NCBI RefSeq assembly: GCF_006345805.1
Contig: NC_043004.1
Span: forward strand, 104,408,001-104,472,000
Reading direction: 5' to 3'
Source of the DNA: Octopus sinensis
Lineage: Eukaryota
DNA length: 64,000 bases
A model generated the notes under the pieces. The model was given only the letters and a program-made list of their open reading frames with translations. It made no database searches and was not told the origin of the DNA. Below are positions 62,554 to 64,000 of the stretch, piece after piece. The translations under genes and the position numbers were made by a program. Every line of letters begins with the position of its first letter. Position 1 is the stretch's first letter.

Positions 62554-62639
62554 TGCTTTACAGATCTTCCGGAAGGAATCTCACCCATCAGTTTATAAAT
62601 CTGGGCAGAGCTGTAGTAAAGAGGGATTCAGCTTATTTG
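62554..62639 (+). CDS. MSH5: MSH5 internal coding exon (86 nt, phase 2 to 1)
   Basis: tttcag|...|gtaaat. Encodes (S)ALQIFRKESHPSVYKSGQSCSKEGFSLF(G), the diagnostic MSH5 LQIF..ESHPS...KEG.SLFG motif. Confidence 0.95.
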
Positions 62640-62974
62640 GTAAATGACATTTTGTTGGTGCTGCTGCCCTTGTTGTTGTTGCTGTTGCTGTTGCTGCTGC
62701 TGCTGCTACTGCTACTGCTGCCTCCAGTTTTGTCTTTTAGACTGTTTTTGTTACAATTATTTTTTTTAGGTGTTGGTTTTTGTTAGCATTATTGTTACCA
62801 TTTACTGCAATTACCATCATTGCTGCTGTTGTGTTGTTTACATCAAGACCAATGATAAAAGGGCATTCATTTTCCCTTTCATCAGTGACACTGTTATTAT
62901 TTAATGTGTCTGTCCCCTTCTGTGATATCATCCTCTCTTGGTGTATATTAAACACTACTTTGTTTAATGTACCC

Positions 62975-63360
62975 TTTTATTTACTCTTTTACTTGTTTCA
63001 GTCATTTGACTGCGGCCATGCTGGAGTATTGCCTTTAGTCGAGCAAATCGACCCCAGGACTTATTCTTTGTAAGCCTAGTACTTATTCTATCGGTCTCTT
63101 TTGCCGAACCGCTAAGTTACGGGGGCGTAAACACACCAACATCGGTTGTTAAGCGATGTTGCGGGGGACAAATACAGTCACACAAACACACACACACACA
63201 TATATATATACATATATATATATGACGGGCTTCTTTCAGTTTCTGTCTACCAAATTCACTCACAAGGCTTTGGTCAGCCTGAGGCTATAGTAGAAGACAC
63301 TTGCCCAAGGTGCCACACAGTAGGACTGAACCTGGAACCATGTGGTTGGTAAGCAAGCTA
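62975..63360 (-). mobile_element. SINE family B, near full length
   Basis: Near-consensus reverse complement. Confidence 0.85.
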
Positions 63361-64000
63361 GGTCAGAAATATTAAAACACCACAAGTAGGGGACAGGATA
63401 GCTAAAGATGTGGGTTAGAGAAGGAAGAGGGGATATGAAGAGGAAACATTGTTGAGAGAGAGGGTTTATTAAAAAAAATTTTTTAAGCAAGATGCGTTTT
63501 GAGGGACATTTGACTGTTGTTTCTAGCAGGTTGTGTGACTACTTAAAAGCTCCCTCATTGACTGATGTTGTTGTTATTGAAGCCTGAGGTATTATTGCTT
63601 GTACTGTTTGTTGTTGAGCTGAATATCAAAACATACATTGAGTGTTGGATAAAAGTGACAAAGGAGTTATTCCCCTTTACATTTTGAGTTCAAATCCTGC
63701 TGAGGCTGTCTTTGCCTTTCATTCTTCTGGAAGGAGAGTGATTTAAACAAATGCCAATTATTTACAGGGGTTGACTTAAGCAATTATGATCTTTCCTTCC
63801 AATTATTTTTTTTCATTTATTCTGAGGAATGGGAAGGCAAAATTCAAGACCTTTGCAAAGGTCTTGGACTGATGAGGCTGTTGTTTTTGTTTGGGTTCCT
63901 GTCAACTCTGGCCAAGCACATCTAGGATGAACAATATTCCAGCTTTGACACACCATCGCCATCGTCGCCACCATTGCCGTTATCATCATCATCCGTGTTG

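Overview
AT-rich, repeat-saturated animal genomic DNA; the SINE, RTE and microsatellite content suggests an octopus or other coleoid cephalopod (inference). The six-frame ORF track misses the only host gene I can support. Seven consecutive + strand coding exons of the meiotic MutS homolog MSH5 lie at 8526-8649, 14781-14861, 22029-22099, 39137-39258, 58495-58604, 60465-60500 and 62554-62639. Together they give 630 coding nt over about 54 kb; the gene start and 3' end were not found in the window. The introns hold dozens of tRNA-derived SINE copies of at least three families, RTE and CR1-type LINE fragments, two mariner elements, a non-autonomous Helitron, hAT- and piggyBac-like MITEs, a decayed 5S rRNA copy and long microsatellites. 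Most notable: (1) a 349-bp insertion with a 12-bp TSD combining a tRNA-like pol III head, a Penelope-type hammerhead ribozyme motif and an inverted copy of its own tail; (2) a second Penelope-type hammerhead at about 15.4 kb; (3) an apparent 1-nt frameshift at the end of one MSH5 exon, which a +4 tandem donor could rescue; (4) an exon starting CAG|GTAAGA after a 19-kb intron; (5) RTE LINEs with unusual zinc-finger modules. All calls were made by eye; repeat family labels and most repeat boundaries are approximate.
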